From NCBI RefSeq assembly GCF_000621645.1, contig NZ_KK211322.1:1-32000 (forward strand): a stretch of 32,000 nucleotides of DNA, read 5' to 3'. The notes beneath the pieces were generated by a model. That model was not told the origin of the DNA. It did not search any database and was given only the letters and a program-made list of their open reading frames with translations. Shown here piece by piece: positions 1 to 9,948 of this stretch (positions are counted from its first letter, which is position 1; each line of letters opens with the position of its first letter). This DNA is from Vibrio cholerae ATCC 14035. Lineage in GTDB: Bacteria; Pseudomonadota; Gammaproteobacteria; Enterobacterales; Vibrionaceae. A program made the translations under genes and the position numbers.

Positions 1-1134
1 GACATCTACGCAGCGTGGGATGCAAAACAAGCAGGCGCAAGCAAAGAAGCCGCTTGGAATGAGAAATTCGCCGCTTACGCGAAAGCTTACCCAGCCGAAG
101 CTGCTGAATACAAACGCCGCGTAGCGGGCGAGCTGCCAGCGAATTGGGAAGCCGCAACCAGCGAGATTATCGCTAACCTGCAAGCTAACCCTGCCAACAT
201 CGCATCGCGTAAAGCATCACAAAATGCGCTGGAAGCGTTCGGCAAACTGCTGCCAGAATTTATGGGTGGTTCTGCTGACTTGGCGCCTTCTAACCTCACC
301 ATGTGGTCTGGCTCTAAGTCACTGACAGCAGAAGATGCGTCAGGCAACTACATCCACTACGGTGTGCGTGAGTTTGGTATGACGGCCATCATCAACGGTA
401 TCGCGCTGCACGGCGGTTTTGTCCCTTACGGTGCAACCTTCCTGATGTTTATGGAATACGCGCGTAACGCGATGCGTATGGCAGCACTGATGAAAGTGCA
501 AAATATCCAAGTGTACACGCATGACTCTATCGGTCTGGGTGAAGATGGCCCAACTCACCAACCAGTTGAGCAAATCGCTTCTCTGCGTATGACACCAAAC
601 ATGAGCACATGGCGCCCATGTGACCAAGTGGAATCGGCAGTGGCTTGGAAACTGGCCATCGAGCGTAAAGATGCGCCATCTGCGCTGATTTTCTCGCGTC
701 AAAACCTTGCGCAGCAACCACGCAGCGCAGAGCAAGTCGCGAACATCGCTAAAGGCGGTTACATCCTGAAAGATTGTGCAGGCCAACCTGAGCTAATTCT
801 GATTGCAACAGGCTCTGAAGTGGAACTGGCGGTTGCCGCTTACGAGCAACTGAGCGCCGAAGGTAAAGCGGTTCGCGTGGTCTCTATGCCATCGACCGAC
901 GCATTTGATAAGCAAGATGCAGCCTACCGTGAAGCCGTTCTGCCATCTGCAGTCACCAAGCGTATCGCGATTGAAGCGGGCATTGCCGACTTCTGGTACA
1001 AGTATGTTGGCTTTGGTGGTCGCATCATCGGTATGACTAGCTTCGGCGAATCTGCGCCAGCCGGTGAGCTGTTCAAACTGTTTGGTTTCACCACTGAAAA
1101 TGTGGTGAAGCAAGCCAAAGAACTGCTGGCGTAA
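1..1134 (+). CDS. tkt: Transketolase, C-terminal 377 codons (5' end outside the window)
   Basis: Frame 1 is open from base 1 ([12 protein letters not shown]...[21 protein letters not shown]) and runs into the listed 262..1134 ORF. Close resemblance to the C-terminal two-thirds of E. coli TktA. Stop TAA at 1132-1134. Confidence 0.95.
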   Translation, partial: DIYAAWDAKQAGASKEAAWNEKFAAYAKAYPAEAAEYKRRVAGELPANWEAATSEIIANLQANPANIASRKASQNALEAFGKLLPEFMGGSADLAPSNLTMWSGSKSLTAEDASGNYIHYGVREFGMTAIINGIALHGGFVPYGATFLMFMEYARNAMRMAALMKVQNIQVYTHDSIGLGEDGPTHQPVEQIASLRMTPNMSTWRPCDQVESAVAWKLAIERKDAPSALIFSRQNLAQQPRSAEQVANIAKGGYILKDCAGQPELILIATGSEVELAVAAYEQLSAEGKAVRVVSMPSTDAFDKQDAAYREAVLPSAVTKRIAIEAGIADFWYKYVGFGGRIIGMTSFGESAPAGELFKLFGFTTENVVKQAKELLA

Positions 1135-1178
1135 TTAAAAGCGATTTATTTCTTTGTTACGCAAAGAAAAATCGATGA

Positions 1179-1208
1179 TAAAAAATCCCGCTGCGGCGGG
1201 ATTTTTTA
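1179..1208. terminator. Bidirectional rho-independent terminator shared by tkt (+) and irgB (-)
   Basis: Stem atcccgc (1185-1191) pairs with gcgggat (1196-1202), 4-nt loop. A-run upstream and T-run downstream. Sits between convergent stops. Confidence 0.8.
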
Positions 1209-2102
1209 TTGCCACTCATCGGGCCTTGCTTGGCGGAGCGCATCAATAAATAGGCGCAGCCGAAGTGGGTGACGACCGAGCGGATAGAAGCAGTTGATTT
1301 CTGTTGGCTGTGATTGCCATCCGTTGACGCAAGGAATGAGGCTGCCCGGATGCGCCGTTTCAAAACCATTGGCAAACCAAGTGGGAAGCAAACCAATACC
1401 ACGACCTTTAGCAATCGCATCGGCTTGCATGGCAAGATTATCGCTTTGTAAACGACTCTCTAGTGCTGGCAGTGAATAACTGCCGAACTCTGGATGGTGC
1501 AGTTCAAGCTCCGCGCGCCGACAAGCAATAAAATCAATCCATGGGTGATGAATCAGCTCACGAGGATGGGTCGGTTTATCTCGATGGGCCAAATATTTGG
1601 GAGAGGCGTAAGTGGCATAGCGCCAATAGCCTAAGCGTTCTTTGCGATAACCCATGGGGGCGGCGTGTTCAATCCAAATGATCAAATCGGGCTCAAACAC
1701 CTCATCACTGTGTTGAAACTGGCTGAGTAGACGGATCTTCAATGTCGAATGCTGCTGCATAAACTCATCCAATACTTGGCTGAGCCAGCCGCGGATCAAA
1801 TTGGGGTGTACCACCAGCGTGAGTTCGCCAGTCACTTGATTGTTCAATTCTTGCAACGCTTCCTGACTTTTATTGGCCAGTTCAAGTAGTTGCTCCGAGT
1901 AAACCGCAAACACTTCTCCTGCTTTGGTGAGCGTTAAGCGGTTGCCTTGACGCATCAACAAGCTTTGTCCCAAGTCCTCTTCAAGTTGCGCCAAACGGCG
2001 ACTCAGGGTGGATTTAGGCTGTTCAAGCGCTTTGGCAGCGGCAGTCAGGCTCTTATGTTGGCAAAGCGCATGGAAAGCTTTTACGGCGCTGAGATCTTGC
2101 AT
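1206..2102 (-). CDS. irgB: LysR-family transcriptional activator IrgB
   Basis: 298-aa ORF with an N-terminal LysR-type wHTH (SLTAAAKALEQPKSTLSRRLAQLEEDLG) and an effector-binding domain. Divergent from irgA, as in the known V. cholerae irgB/irgA pair. Confidence 0.9.
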   Translation of the reverse strand: MQDLSAVKAFHALCQHKSLTAAAKALEQPKSTLSRRLAQLEEDLGQSLLMRQGNRLTLTKAGEVFAVYSEQLLELANKSQEALQELNNQVTGELTLVVHPNLIRGWLSQVLDEFMQQHSTLKIRLLSQFQHSDEVFEPDLIIWIEHAAPMGYRKERLGYWRYATYASPKYLAHRDKPTHPRELIHHPWIDFIACRRAELELHHPEFGSYSLPALESRLQSDNLAMQADAIAKGRGIGLLPTWFANGFETAHPGSLIPCVNGWQSQPTEINCFYPLGRHPLRLRLFIDALRQARPDEWQ

Positions 2103-2210
2103 AGGTATTTGACCCTTAAAGAATAATTACCACAGACGTTCCATATTTGGACCGAACTATTCCATGTGTCGATCTATCTCCAGTACAGAATATATGAATA
2201 ATCCGCTTCT

Positions 2211-2230
2211 GAAATTAAGAATAATTATCA
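2211..2230. promoter_or_regulatory. Fur box in the irgB-irgA divergent control region
   Basis: gaaattaagaataattatc (2211-2229) matches the Fur consensus GATAATGATAATCATTATC at 14/19. The inner core taagaat-a-attatca (2216-2230) matches TGATAAT-N-ATTATCA at 12/14. Lies ~17 bp upstream of the irgA ATG. irgA is known to be Fur/iron regulated. Confidence 0.7.
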
Positions 2231-2246
2231 TTTAAAGGAGTGGTAA

Positions 2247-4205
2247 ATGTCCAGATTCAATCCATCCCCCGTCAGTTTATCTGTGACACTAGGCTTAATG
2301 TTTTCGGCTAGCGCTTTTGCTCAAGACGCGACGAAAACGGATGAAACCATGGTGGTCACTGCGGCGGGATACGCGCAAGTGATTCAAAATGCACCAGCCA
2401 GTATCAGTGTGATTTCAAGAGAAGATCTGGAATCTCGCTATTACCGTGATGTGACCGATGCGCTAAAAAGCGTACCGGGTGTGACAGTCACCGGAGGGGG
2501 CGATACTACCGATATCAGCATTCGTGGTATGGGATCAAACTATACTCTTATCTTGGTGGATGGTAAGCGCCAAACCTCACGCCAGACCCGTCCAAACAGC
2601 GATGGCCCGGGCATTGAGCAAGGTTGGTTACCGCCACTGCAAGCGATTGAACGTATCGAGGTGATCCGTGGCCCGATGTCTACGCTGTACGGCTCGGATG
2701 CGATTGGCGGCGTGATCAACATCATCACTCGTAAAGATCAGCAGCAGTGGTCAGGCAATGTGCAGCTATCGACCGTGGTACAAGAAAATCGCGCCTCAGG
2801 CGATGAACAAAGCGCTAATTTCTTCGTAACAGGACCTTTAAGTGATGCTCTATCGCTGCAAGTCTACGGACAAACCACGCAACGCGATGAAGACGAAATT
2901 GAGCATGGTTACGGCGATAAATCACTGCGCAGCTTAACCTCAAAGCTCAACTACCAGCTTAATCCAGATCATCAACTGCAACTGGAAGCCGGTGTATCAG
3001 CCCAAGATCGCGAAAATAACGTGGGCAAGTCGGCGCAATCCAGCGGATGTCGCGGTACATGCAGCAATACCGATAACCAGTACCGTCGCAACCATGTTGC
3101 CGTCTCTCACCAAGGGGATTGGCAGGGTGTTGGGCAGTCTGATACTTATCTGCAATATGAAGAGAACACCAATAAATCTCGTGAGATGAGCATTGATAAT
3201 ACGGTGTTCAAATCCACGTTAGTGGCTCCTATTGGTGAGCATATGTTGAGCTTTGGTGTGGAAGGTAAACACGAAAGTTTAGAGGATAAAACCTCCAACA
3301 AAATTTCGTCTCGCACGCATATCTCGAACACTCAATGGGCGGGATTCATTGAAGATGAATGGGCGCTCGCAGAGCAATTCCGCCTGACCTTTGGTGGCCG
3401 TCTGGATCATGATAAAAACTACGGCAGCCACTTCAGCCCACGTGTGTATGGCGTATGGAATCTCGATCCTCTATGGACAGTAAAAGGTGGTGTTTCTACT
3501 GGCTTCCGTGCACCGCAATTACGTGAAGTGACGCCGGATTGGGGGCAAGTTAGTGGCGGCGGTAATATTTACGGCAACCCGGATTTACAGCCTGAAACTT
3601 CGATTAACAAAGAACTGAGTTTGATGTACAGCACTGGCTCAGGTCTGGCGGCATCGTTAACCGCTTTCCATAATGATTTTAAAGATAAAATCACCCGCGT
3701 CGCTTGCCCTGCAAATATTTGTACTGCCGGCCCCAACCAATGGGGTGCAACTCCTACTTATCGTGTGAATATTGATGAAGCGGAAACCTATGGTGCAGAA
3801 GCTACGTTAAGTCTGCCGATTACCGAAAGCGTTGAGTTATCGTCTAGCTACACGTACACCCATTCGGAGCAAAAATCAGGGAATTTTGCTGGCCGTCCGC
3901 TACTGCAGTTACCTAAACATCTGTTCAATGCCAACTTGAGCTGGCAAACCACAGATCGCCTCAATAGCTGGGCTAACCTCAACTATCGTGGTAAGGAGAT
4001 GCAGCCGGAGGGTGGGGCATCGAACGATGATTTCATCGCGCCAAGCTACACCTTTATCGATACTGGCGTGACTTACGCACTCACCGATACCGCAACGATT
4101 AAAGCTGCGGTGTACAACCTGTTTGATCAAGAGGTGAATTACGCGGAGTATGGCTATGTAGAAGATGGCCGCCGCTACTGGTTGGGTTTAGACATCGCCT
4201 TCTAA
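2247..4205 (+). CDS. irgA: TonB-dependent outer-membrane siderophore receptor IrgA (iron-regulated virulence protein)
   Basis: 652-aa ORF. SD aaaggag at 2234-2240. Signal peptide ending SAFA-QD, TonB-box-like ETMVVTA, plug and beta-barrel motifs, terminal aromatic (...LGLDIAF). Recognised as V. cholerae IrgA. Confidence 0.93.
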   Translation: MSRFNPSPVSLSVTLGLMFSASAFAQDATKTDETMVVTAAGYAQVIQNAPASISVISREDLESRYYRDVTDALKSVPGVTVTGGGDTTDISIRGMGSNYTLILVDGKRQTSRQTRPNSDGPGIEQGWLPPLQAIERIEVIRGPMSTLYGSDAIGGVINIITRKDQQQWSGNVQLSTVVQENRASGDEQSANFFVTGPLSDALSLQVYGQTTQRDEDEIEHGYGDKSLRSLTSKLNYQLNPDHQLQLEAGVSAQDRENNVGKSAQSSGCRGTCSNTDNQYRRNHVAVSHQGDWQGVGQSDTYLQYEENTNKSREMSIDNTVFKSTLVAPIGEHMLSFGVEGKHESLEDKTSNKISSRTHISNTQWAGFIEDEWALAEQFRLTFGGRLDHDKNYGSHFSPRVYGVWNLDPLWTVKGGVSTGFRAPQLREVTPDWGQVSGGGNIYGNPDLQPETSINKELSLMYSTGSGLAASLTAFHNDFKDKITRVACPANICTAGPNQWGATPTYRVNIDEAETYGAEATLSLPITESVELSSSYTYTHSEQKSGNFAGRPLLQLPKHLFNANLSWQTTDRLNSWANLNYRGKEMQPEGGASNDDFIAPSYTFIDTGVTYALTDTATIKAAVYNLFDQEVNYAEYGYVEDGRRYWLGLDIAF

Positions 4206-4218
4206 TTGCTAGAGGTTC

Positions 4219-4255
4219 AGAGGATTGGCGGCAGCGCCAATCCTCTGTTTGTTTT
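4219..4255 (+). terminator. Rho-independent terminator of irgA
   Basis: 12-bp perfect stem agaggattggcg (4219-4230) / cgccaatcctct (4235-4246), loop gcag, then gtttgtttt. Confidence 0.85.
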
Positions 4256-4356
4256 GCGATCGGCGGTGGAATCATTTATTGCACAGGATCGCCGTGCCAA
4301 AGCCTAGAGTATCGGTTACTATTGCCAACCAATCTGAGAGCGATAGGCGAGATACG

Positions 4357-5382
4357 ATGCTGAGGGTAGCAATTAACGGCTTTGGGCGCATTGGGCGTAA
4401 TGTGTTACGCGCTGTGTATGAAAGTGGTAAACGTGACCGCATTCAAGTGGTTGCGGTGAACGAGCTTGCCAAGCCAGATGCGATGGCACACCTCCTGCAG
4501 TACGATACGAGCCACGGTCGCTTTGGCAAAAAAATCAGCCATGATCAGCAGCATATCTATGTTCACCATCAAAATGGTGAGTATGACTCAATCCGCATTC
4601 TGCATCTTTCGGAAATTCCTCTCTTACCTTGGCGTGATTTAGGCGTGGATTTAGTCCTCGACTGCACAGGTGTGTATGGTTGCCAAGAGGATGGTCAGCA
4701 ACATATTGATGCGGGCGCGAAGTTAGTTTTATTTTCCCATCCTGGTGCTAGCGATCTCGACAACACCATCATCTATGGCGTGAATCATGAGACGCTCACT
4801 GCTGAGCATAAAATCGTCTCTAACGGTTCTTGTACCACCAACTGCATTGTGCCCATCATCAAGGTATTGGATGACGCATTCGGCATTGATTCTGGCACCA
4901 TCACCACCATCCATTCCTCGATGAACGATCAACAAGTGATTGATGCGTATCATAATGACTTACGACGCACACGAGCGGCCAGTCAATCTATCATTCCGGT
5001 TGATACTAAGTTGCATAAAGGTATTGAAAGAATATTTCCGAAATTTTCTAACAAATTTGAAGCGATTTCGGTGCGTGTACCAACAGTAAATGTGACCGCG
5101 ATGGATTTAAGTGTCACAATTAAATCAAATGTGAAAGTTAATGACGTAAATCAAACCATTGTGAACGCATCTCAGTGTACATTACGTGGCATTGTTGACT
5201 ATACTGAAGCGCCTTTGGTTTCCATCGATTTTAACCACGATCCGCACAGCGCGATTGTGGATGGGACGCAAACGAGAGTCAGTAACGGGCAGTTAGTAAA
5301 AATGCTCGTTTGGTGTGATAACGAATGGGGCTTTGCCAACCGGATGTTAGATACCGCATTGGCAATGCAGGCCACGCAGTAG
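4357..5382 (+). CDS. epd: D-erythrose-4-phosphate dehydrogenase (GapB/Epd)
   Basis: [26 protein letters not shown]... aligns from residue 1 with E. coli Epd ([17 protein letters not shown]...). SCTTNC active-site motif present. Same epd-pgk-fba order as E. coli. The track ORF start at 4225 is a TTG lying inside the irgA terminator, so it was trimmed to the ATG at 4357. Confidence 0.9.
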   Translation: MLRVAINGFGRIGRNVLRAVYESGKRDRIQVVAVNELAKPDAMAHLLQYDTSHGRFGKKISHDQQHIYVHHQNGEYDSIRILHLSEIPLLPWRDLGVDLVLDCTGVYGCQEDGQQHIDAGAKLVLFSHPGASDLDNTIIYGVNHETLTAEHKIVSNGSCTTNCIVPIIKVLDDAFGIDSGTITTIHSSMNDQQVIDAYHNDLRRTRAASQSIIPVDTKLHKGIERIFPKFSNKFEAISVRVPTVNVTAMDLSVTIKSNVKVNDVNQTIVNASQCTLRGIVDYTEAPLVSIDFNHDPHSAIVDGTQTRVSNGQLVKMLVWCDNEWGFANRMLDTALAMQATQ

Positions 5383-5530
5383 CGGCTAAGCATGCACTTC
5401 AAATCAGGTTTGAACATTGAAACCCGAAGGACGCATCCCCATATCGGTGAACAGCTAAGATTTTACCGACTCGGCAGGGTCGCCGAGTTGCAGAATTTTC
5501 ATTTCTTTAAATAGTTTGAGAGGACAAATC

Positions 5531-6694
5531 ATGTCTGTAATCAAGATGATTGACCTGGATCTTGCAGGTAAACGCGTATTTATCCGTGCTGACCTGAACG
5601 TACCAGTAAAAGACGGCAAAGTGACTTCTGATGCACGTATCCTTGCATCACTACCTACCATTAAGCACTGCTTGGAAGCGGGCGCGAAAGTAATGGTCAC
5701 TTCTCACCTAGGTCGTCCAACGGAAGGTGAGTACGCTGAAGAGTTCTCTCTACTGCCTGTGGTTAACTACCTGAACGATGCTCTCGATTGCGAAGTTCGC
5801 CTAGTGAAAGATTACCTAGACGGCGTTGAACTGAACGCAGGTGAACTGGTTGTTCTGGAAAACGTTCGCTTCAACAAAGGCGAAAAGAAAAACGAAGAAG
5901 CGCTGTCTAAGAAATACGCGGCACTGTGTGACGTATTCGTGATGGATGCGTTTGGTACTGCGCACCGTGCTCAAGCTTCTACTCACGGTGTTGGTATGTT
6001 TGCTCCTATCGCGTGTGCAGGCCCTCTACTGGCTGACGAACTTGAAGCGCTAGGCAAAGCGATGGACAAACCAGCTCGCCCAATGGTAGCTATCGTTGGT
6101 GGTTCAAAAGTATCAACTAAGCTGACTGTACTTGAGTCACTGTCAAAAATTGCTGACCAACTGGTGGTTGGCGGTGGTATCGCGAACACTTTCATCGCTG
6201 CAGCGGGTCACAACGTAGGTAAGTCTCTGTATGAAGCTGACCTTGTTGAAACAGCGAAAAAACTGATGGAAGAGTGCGCGATTCCTGTGGCGACTGACGT
6301 AGCTTGTGCCAAAGCTTTCGATGAGAACGCAGAAGCCGAAATCAAACACGTTTCTGAAGTTCAAGATGACGACATGATTTTCGACTTGGGTCCAAACTCG
6401 ACGGCTGAACTGGCTGAGATCCTGAAAAACGCGAAAACTATCCTGTGGAACGGCCCAGTAGGCGTATTCGAATTCAAGAACTTTGAAGCGGGTACTCGTG
6501 GTATCGCAGAAGCGATCGCACAATCAGAAGGCTTCTCTGTTGCAGGTGGCGGTGACACGCTAGCGGCGATCGACAAGTTTGGCATCAAAGCCGATGTTTC
6601 TTACATCTCTACTGGTGGCGGCGCGTTCCTTGAGTTCGTTGAAGGCAAAAAACTGCCTGCAGTAGAAATGCTGGAAGCACGCGCTAAAGCGTAA
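5531..6694 (+). CDS. pgk: Phosphoglycerate kinase
   Basis: [37 protein letters not shown] is near-identical to the E. coli Pgk N-terminus. SD gagagga at 5517-5523. The track start at 5516 was trimmed to the ATG at 5531. Confidence 0.96.
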   Translation: MSVIKMIDLDLAGKRVFIRADLNVPVKDGKVTSDARILASLPTIKHCLEAGAKVMVTSHLGRPTEGEYAEEFSLLPVVNYLNDALDCEVRLVKDYLDGVELNAGELVVLENVRFNKGEKKNEEALSKKYAALCDVFVMDAFGTAHRAQASTHGVGMFAPIACAGPLLADELEALGKAMDKPARPMVAIVGGSKVSTKLTVLESLSKIADQLVVGGGIANTFIAAAGHNVGKSLYEADLVETAKKLMEECAIPVATDVACAKAFDENAEAEIKHVSEVQDDDMIFDLGPNSTAELAEILKNAKTILWNGPVGVFEFKNFEAGTRGIAEAIAQSEGFSVAGGGDTLAAIDKFGIKADVSYISTGGGAFLEFVEGKKLPAVEMLEARAKA

Positions 6695-6704
6695 TAATCG
6701 AATG

Positions 6705-6737
6705 AGAGCGGGGGGAAGACTCCCGCTTTCTTGTTTG
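6705..6737 (+). terminator. Hairpin plus T-rich tract after pgk (partial terminator/attenuator before fba)
   Basis: agcggg (6707-6712) pairs with cccgct (6722-6727), with flanking A/T and G-U extensions, followed by tttcttgtttg. Confidence 0.55.
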
Positions 6738-6757
6738 CTGCACGGCGAGCATTTGTT

Positions 6758-6766
6758 TGGTAGAAT
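6758..6766 (+). promoter_or_regulatory. Candidate extended -10 promoter for fba
   Basis: tg-g-tagaat fits the TGnTATAAT pattern. No good -35 at 17 bp. Lies 84 bp upstream of the fba ATG. Confidence 0.4.
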
Positions 6767-6780
6767 GCCGCGATTGGTGA

Positions 6781-6792
6781 GCAAACGTTTGC
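6781..6792. promoter_or_regulatory. Perfect 12-bp LacI-family-type palindrome GCAAACGTTTGC (PurR-box core)
   Basis: gcaaacgtttgc is perfectly self-complementary with a central CG and equals the core of the E. coli PurR operator consensus ACGCAAACGTTTGCGT. Lies ~15-25 bp downstream of the candidate fba -10. Confidence 0.45.
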
Positions 6793-6849
6793 AAGAATTG
6801 AAACTTACCGTTTTTATTTTTTAAAACGACAGAAAATAGGATTCCATCC

Positions 6850-7926
6850 ATGTCTAAGATCTTTGATTTTGTAAAACCTGGTGTTATCTCTGGTGATGAC
6901 GTACAGAAAGTTTTTGAAGTAGCAAAACAAAATGGCTTTGCACTTCCAGCAGTAAACTGTGTAGGTACTGACTCTGTAAACGGCGTTCTAGAAGCAGCAG
7001 CAAAAGTGAAAGCGCCTGTTATCGTGCAGTTCTCTAACGGCGGCGCAGCATTCTTTGCTGGTAAAGGTCTGAAACTTGAAGGTCAACAAGCACAAATTCT
7101 GGGCGCGATCGCGGGTGCGAAATACGTTCACACTGTAGCGGAAGCTTACGGCGTTCCAGTGATTCTGCACACTGACCACGCAGCGAAAAACCTACTACCT
7201 TGGATCGACGGTCTGCTAGACGCGGGTGAAAAACACTTCGCAGAAACCGGCAAACCACTGTTCTCTTCACACATGATTGACCTGTCTGAAGAGTCTCTGG
7301 AAGAGAACATCGAGATCTCTGCAAAATACCTAGAGCGCATGGCGAAAATGAACATGACTCTGGAGATCGAACTGGGTTGTACTGGCGGTGAAGAAGATGG
7401 CGTTGATAACTCAGATATGGATTCTTCTGAGCTGTACACTTCTCCAGAAGACGTGGCATACGCTTACGAGAAACTGAACGCAATCAGCCACCGTTTCACT
7501 ATCGCGGCTTCTTTCGGTAACGTACACGGCGTTTACAAGCCAGGTAACGTGGTTCTGACTCCAACTATCCTACGTGATTCTCAAAAATACGTTTCTGAGA
7601 AGTTTGGTCTGCCAGAAAACTCTCTGAACTTCGTATTCCACGGCGGTTCAGGTTCTTCTCTGGAAGAAATCCGTGAGTCAATCTCTTACGGCGTGATCAA
7701 AATGAACATCGATACTGATACTCAGTGGGCAACATGGGATGGTATTCGTCAATACGAAGCGAAAAACCATGACTACCTGCAAGGTCAAATCGGTAACCCA
7801 ACCGGTGAAGATGCACCGAACAAGAAGTACTACGATCCACGCGTATGGCTACGTGCTGGTCAAGCAGCCATGGTTGCTCGCCTAGAGAAAGCGTTCTCTG
7901 ATCTGAACGCGATCGACGTACTGTAA
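6850..7926 (+). CDS. fba: Fructose-bisphosphate aldolase, class II
   Basis: 358 aa. MSKIFDFVKPGVISGDDVQKVF... and ...RLEKAFSDLNAIDVL are collinear with E. coli FbaA end to end. Confidence 0.97.
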   Translation: MSKIFDFVKPGVISGDDVQKVFEVAKQNGFALPAVNCVGTDSVNGVLEAAAKVKAPVIVQFSNGGAAFFAGKGLKLEGQQAQILGAIAGAKYVHTVAEAYGVPVILHTDHAAKNLLPWIDGLLDAGEKHFAETGKPLFSSHMIDLSEESLEENIEISAKYLERMAKMNMTLEIELGCTGGEEDGVDNSDMDSSELYTSPEDVAYAYEKLNAISHRFTIAASFGNVHGVYKPGNVVLTPTILRDSQKYVSEKFGLPENSLNFVFHGGSGSSLEEIRESISYGVIKMNIDTDTQWATWDGIRQYEAKNHDYLQGQIGNPTGEDAPNKKYYDPRVWLRAGQAAMVARLEKAFSDLNAIDVL

Positions 7927-7950
7927 TTCGTATTTCGAATTCGATTGAAT

Positions 7951-7983
7951 GAAGAAACCCGCCAAGTGCGGGTTTCTTTTTTA
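7951..7983 (+). terminator. Rho-independent terminator of fba
   Basis: agaaacccgc (7953-7962) pairs with gcgggtttct (7968-7977), 5-nt loop, T-run to 7982. Confidence 0.88.
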
Positions 7984-8221
7984 TGCAGTCTCAGTGGGAT
8001 GGGTAGCAGAGAGATCGAATATTGTTTAACCTGTAACGGGAGCGTAGCAATTATTACGTAACCTTCTGTTTTGTCATTATTTACCAAACTTTGACTTTGC
8101 GAAGCGTTAAGTATGCGCTATTTTGCCAAAATTCTGACTTTTGGTGGTTTATTTGAGTGGGATGTTTATCATTTCTCATTATTTCCGCTAATTTTTTGAT
8201 TACTTGTAAGAGGAATACACT

Positions 8222-9085
8222 ATGGCTGGTGAATCGATTGGTGTTGAAGTGCCTATCGTCGAAAGTTTTAACCAAGTGAATACTTGGTTAACCAATAATT
8301 CGGATCTTTTGATTCAGTACGGCGTGAATGTGATTTCCGCTATTCTGATCCTATTTATCGGTAACCTTGTGGTTAAAGGGGTTGCAGGTAGTGTGGCGAA
8401 TGTATTGAAAAAGAAAGAGATGGATAAGGCTGTCGTAGACTTTATCCACGGTCTTGTTCGTTACACGCTGTTTATTATTGTGTTGATTGCGGCGTTGAGT
8501 CGTATTGGTGTGCAAACTGCGTCGGTTGTCGCTGTGATTGGTGCTGCGGGTCTGGCCGTTGGTTTGGCTCTACAGGGTTCGCTGTCTAATTTTGCAGCCG
8601 GTGTACTGATTGTGGCATTCCGCCCATTCAAATCCGGTGATTATGTAGAAATTGGTGGCGTCGCCGGCTCGGTTGATTCTATCCAAATTTTCCAAACTGT
8701 CCTGAAAAGCCCAGATAATAAAATGGTTGTGGTACCAAACTCGGCGGTCATTGGCGGCGCTATTACTAACTATTCACGTCACGAAACGCGTCGTGTCGAC
8801 ATGGTGATTGGGGTTTCTTACAAGTCTGATCTGCAGAAAACCAAACGTGTTCTGCGTGAGACGCTGGAAAAAGATCCTCGTATCCTCAAAGATCCAGATA
8901 TGACAATTGGTGTGCTGACTTTGGCGGATTCATCAATCAACTTTGTGGTACGTCCATGGTGTAAAACTGCGGACTACTGGGCGGTGTACTTTGATTCAAT
9001 GCAAGCGATCAAAGAAGCGCTGGATGCCAATGGTATCGAAATTCCATTCCCACAAATGGATGTGCATCTGAACAAAATCAATTAA
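8222..9085 (+). CDS. mscS: Small-conductance mechanosensitive channel MscS
   Basis: 287 aa. GVQTASVVAVIGAAGLAVGLALQGSLSNFAAGVLIVAFRPF is near-identical to the E. coli MscS TM3 region. Same position after fba as in E. coli. Confidence 0.94.
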   Translation: MAGESIGVEVPIVESFNQVNTWLTNNSDLLIQYGVNVISAILILFIGNLVVKGVAGSVANVLKKKEMDKAVVDFIHGLVRYTLFIIVLIAALSRIGVQTASVVAVIGAAGLAVGLALQGSLSNFAAGVLIVAFRPFKSGDYVEIGGVAGSVDSIQIFQTVLKSPDNKMVVVPNSAVIGGAITNYSRHETRRVDMVIGVSYKSDLQKTKRVLRETLEKDPRILKDPDMTIGVLTLADSSINFVVRPWCKTADYWAVYFDSMQAIKEALDANGIEIPFPQMDVHLNKIN

Positions 9086-9107
9086 TGGTTTTGCTATATA
9101 CAAAATA

Positions 9108-9137
9108 CCAAAGCGGAGTGTTTACTCCGCTTTTTTG
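9108..9137. terminator. Bidirectional terminator between mscS (+) and argO (-)
   Basis: aagcggagt (9111-9119) pairs with actccgctt (9124-9132), T6 downstream, A/T-rich upstream. Confidence 0.8.
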
Positions 9138-9148
9138 TCGGTAATAGC

Positions 9149-9784
9149 TTAATTTAACCAGTGATTGAGATATAAGTTCTTAGTCAACGCGAAGGCAATA
9201 ATGAACATCATCGCGGCGACTGCCATATCAATCACTTGTCTGACTCTAGGTTTAGAGAGTGTGGTGCTCAATTTTGCTGCTCCGAGTGAAAGAGTAAAAA
9301 ACCACACGAATGAGGCGAGAATGGTACCAATCGCAAATGAGATACGCTCATCACCTTGGAATTGGCCTCCGATTGACCCTAAGATCACCACGGTATCCAA
9401 ATAGAGATGCGGGTTAAACACAGTGACCGCAAAGGCACCAAAAATGACCGCTTTACGTCCTGCAGCCATCGGATTTGCCGTGGATTCAGATGCTTGGGGC
9501 GGTTTGAGCGCAGCACGCAAAGAAAGAAACCCATAACCACACAGAAAAAGAATTCCAGCCAAAGTGACACCAATTAACAAGCTGGTATTTTGCGAGATGA
9601 GAGCACCACCGCCAAAAATCCCCAGCGTGATAAAAATCATATCCAGCACCCCACAAGTGGCTGCGGTGGTTAAGTGGTGATGACGTTTAATCCCTTGATT
9701 TAATACATAAGCATTTTGAGCACCAATGGGAATAATCATGGTCGCTCCCAAGCTGAATCCTTGTAGCAGAATCCACCAGTTCAT
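9149..9784 (-). CDS. argO: LysE-family arginine exporter ArgO (YggA)
   Basis: 211 aa, the same length as E. coli ArgO. Conserved IPIGAQNAYVLNQGI and NPHLYLDTVVILGSIGGQ motifs. Divergent from argP. Confidence 0.9.
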   Translation of the reverse strand: MNWWILLQGFSLGATMIIPIGAQNAYVLNQGIKRHHHLTTAATCGVLDMIFITLGIFGGGALISQNTSLLIGVTLAGILFLCGYGFLSLRAALKPPQASESTANPMAAGRKAVIFGAFAVTVFNPHLYLDTVVILGSIGGQFQGDERISFAIGTILASFVWFFTLSLGAAKLSTTLSKPRVRQVIDMAVAAMMFIIAFALTKNLYLNHWLN

Positions 9785-9948
9785 TTTTTACCTCATACCG
9801 CATGATTGGAGTGTGATTTCGTTCCGATTTGAAGTTGCAACGTCAGATCGAAGGGATAGGCTGAGCAAGATAATAATTTGAGGTGGATAAGTATAATTAA
9901 TGATTTTAATATCATATTAACAAGGCTAATGAATAGATAAGGAAAGCA

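Noticed and set aside
340-786. Antisense or out-of-frame ORFs inside well-supported genes, e.g. 340..786(-), 7034..7483(-), 12382..12813(+), 13038..13400(+), 20637..21062(+), 23455..23793(+), 25061..25486(-), 28012..28320(-), 31480..31857(-).
   Set aside because: They are fully embedded in genes with strong homology on another frame. They have low-complexity or Arg/Ser-rich translations typical of shadow ORFs, and no SD or recognisable domains.
4225-4356. N-terminal extensions in the six-frame track: epd from 4225, pgk from 5516, yggE-like from 10925, pykF to 13682, the DeoR gene from 14005, rpoD to 22444, dnaG to 24321, folB from 28087 and folK from 28392.
   Set aside because: Each extension precedes an internal ATG that aligns with residue 1 of well-known homologues and has a better SD. 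Several extensions start at TTG or other alternative codons and run through terminators or upstream genes.
5469-5488. 7-bp hairpin actcggc/gccgagt in the epd-pgk spacer, considered as a terminator.
   Set aside because: The stem is short and the T-rich tract begins only after a 6-nt gap. epd-pgk are co-transcribed in E. coli. At most it is a processing or weak pause site.
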